From assembly GCA_002269645.1 (NCBI GenBank), contig NIVC01002868.1:62001-126000 (forward strand): 64,000 bases of DNA, in the 5' to 3' direction. Both the position numbers and the translations under genes were made by a program. Below, one piece after another: positions 61,750-64,000 of the stretch (its first letter is position 1; every line of letters begins with the position of its first letter). A model generated the notes under the pieces. It made no database searches and was not told where the DNA came from. It worked only from the letters and a program-made list of their open reading frames with translations. Origin of the DNA: Macrostomum lignano. Lineage: Eukaryota.

Positions 61750-64000
61750 TACAAAATTAAACACGCCGGAAGGAGCCAAGCGAGACAAAGCAGTTGCGAA
61801 ATAGCAGGCAGCGGCCGAGTAAGCGGATCCCAACCCCAATGAAGGGGAAGCTGGAAGGAGTGAAAGCAGGGGAAAGTAGAATTTGGTGGATGCAGCCTGC
61901 AGCTGCGAAGCCATGAAAGAAGCGGAGCGCTGGCGGCGCTACAGGGTAGAGCTGGCTGAAAAGTAGCGGAGAACAGCGTCTGATCTCCAGCCTCCAGGGC
62001 CCGAATGTCCGATTCTGACAATCCGATTTGATGGCAGAAGCTGGCACCCCCTCGCCAGATGCTGTGGCGGGAGAAACCAGCAGCTGGGAGGCCGCACGCA
62101 GCCAGACACGCACACACGAAGACAGCTGATGAACTGGCTGGCTGAGAGCTCGCCTCCGTGGCCGTAGCCAAAGAGTGGCGTCATTGAGTCGCTGGTTGGT
62201 GACAGGTGCAGGTGAGACCGCAGGGCGCGCACAGGGCAGAGCGGTGACTCTTGAACAGGTGGCAGAAGAACGACATGCGGCGTCGACCTGAACTGGTTGG
62301 TCTTGGACTTAGGGAGGGCCAACTTCCAGCAGCCAGATGAAGCCGACAGGCAGGCCCGCTAGACAGAGTGGCTGCCGCGGGCCGATAGGAAGTCGCCAAG
62401 GCGCAACATGCCCCACCAGCCCACCAGGAGAGCCGCCCAGAAAACGGCCCAGAGATCTGCGCTTGAGATGGAGCGCGGGAGCTGCTGATGGATGCTCTTG
62501 AGGTGCTCGATGGTCAGCGGCTTCGCCTGTTTGCATCACAGGCCCAGATGACGTTTGGCGCCGCGGAGGGCCAGCTGCACGGTGAAGTCTTTCGCTGGGT
62601 CGGGGGCGCCGGTGGCTTGGTGCAGAAACGATCGGAGGCTGGAGAAGGACCGGAGCCGGGTGATCACCAGGTGCGCGATGTAAGCGGCAGAGCAGGTCAC
62701 CGTCAGCTGGAGATGAAGGGCGGCCTGTGCCAAAACAGAAGGCTTCCCAAGAGCGCAGCTAGCTGAGTTAGGATCGCCAGGAGTTCTCCGCCAGGCCGAG
62801 GCGGCTCAGGTGTCCGGCGGACACAGCGCAGGGGGCGGGCGGCATCTCCGGAGGGCGAGGGCGACCTGCAAAAGGTGGCGAGATTGAGAAGCGGCAGAGA
62901 GCGCGTGCGACGCAAACTCAAGCGGGAAGATCATGAGCGTACGGTGCAAAAGTTAATGAGCTCAAACTGCGAGGCAAACATGTGGGAAGCGGCATCAGCA
63001 AAAATCTACATGCGACCAGGAAGGTGAAAGGCCTCCAAACTGATGCTGTTCCTGATGCACAGCAGAGCCACAGTCTGGTACACCTGCAGGAACCGCGGGT
63101 CACGACAGCTCAGCCGAATGATCATGCCAGCCGCAGCGGTGCTGTCGGTGTAGATGACAATTTTCAGTTTTTTTAGCTGAGAGCGACGGTGCAGGATGAT
63201 CAGCAAAGGTGCCAGAGCCTCCTTGAAGCTGATATGAGCATCATTGAACACACCACCGCAGTCCAGCTCCCAGTTGATGACACCCCAGAAACTATCGGCA
63301 CCCCAGATGACTGCGGCTGCGCCCGACCGGCTGCTGTCAGTCTCCATGGCAAACCCCTCATCAAAGCGCGGCCACAAAGACACCGGGGGGAGCCAAGCTA
63401 GGGCTCTGAGCCACCAAGACAGTTTGGCGCGGGTCTCATCGGTCACTCAAAGCTTGCAGTCAACGGCAGTTGTCTGCCAGTCAAAGAGCGGACGCAGGAT
63501 GACTCTGACATGAGGGACAATCTGACAGAACCAGCCAAGCTTGCCAATCAGCTTCTGAGCAGAGCGCAGGTGCACCCGAGTCTCCAAGCAGGTTTGACTC
63601 AGCAGCTTTGTCTTCTCGAGAGCTATCTCTTCGGGCAGCGACGTGGTGCCAGTAGCGGTTTTGATGCGCACGCCAAGGAAGTCGATGCCTCGCGTAGGCC
63701 TGACAACCTTGTCCCAGTTGATGGCAAAGCCGAGGCGCTGCAAGATGTCCAGCAGGCAATTGAAAGCAGCGAAAGCCCCGGACTCGGATTTCCCAGCGAC
63801 TGCCCAGTCATCCAGGTAGTTCTCCGTGGCAGAAAAGCCAAGCCGGTGCATGTGCCGGGTAACAACGGCTGAAAGACGTTGGAAAACTTCGCAAGCAGCT
63901 TTGGCGCCGAAGGGAAGCCTGGTGTCGCAGAGCAGACTGTCCAGGCTGTCCGAGTCAAACCACCAGGCGAGGCCGACGAGCCGGTAGTCAGCAGGCCTGA
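61750..64000 (-). mobile_element. Degenerate tyrosine-recombinase retrotransposon (Ngaro/DIRS order): RT, RNase H, YR; continues beyond window
   Basis: RT LPFG..YLDD..FLG (63447-64000); RNase H TDSS..KEALA..YTDS (63006-63446); YR MLRLGD, KSKT, CPV, HSIWRGGAS (~61800-62900); several in-frame stops. Confidence 0.9.

Noticed and set aside
57506-63449. TGA read-through or an alternative genetic code (in-frame TGA in RTE, RT/RNase H and YR)
   Set aside because: The same elements also carry a TAG stop or frameshifts, and intact ORFs use TGG for Trp and end at TGA. Ordinary decay explains it.

Overview
Repeat-dominated animal genomic DNA. The evidence is GT-AG introns, TTAGGG tracts, and RTE, Ngaro/DIRS-type, THAP9/P and Chapaev/Transib elements; the host is not identifiable with certainty. 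About two thirds of the window consists of non-autonomous Helitron-type elements, recognised by 5' TC(C)TATATACTAAA / TCCTAATACTAAA starts and 3' GC-hairpin + CTAG (or CTCG) ends. From 5949 to 41371 these form an uninterrupted head-to-tail, same-strand train of four families. Families A, B and C share a ~600 bp 5' module that ends in a tRNA-like A/B-box segment, followed by a family-specific 23-bp satellite. The largest element (C, 17227-29796) carries a spliced RPA70-like two-OB-fold gene and a divergently oriented spliced RGG/zinc-knuckle/polyQ micro-gene. It also contains an intact 3.0 kb CAC-ended transposon with a RAG1-core-like 705-aa transposase. Host-like genes are an intronless 538-aa coiled-coil ORF and a secreted signal peptide-WSC-PAN-like gene whose intron is inflated to 8.2 kb by an RTE and a Helitron; a paralogous last exon lies at 2358-2587. 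No RepHel (autonomous Helitron) ORF is visible. All domain calls are by eye, with no searches run.
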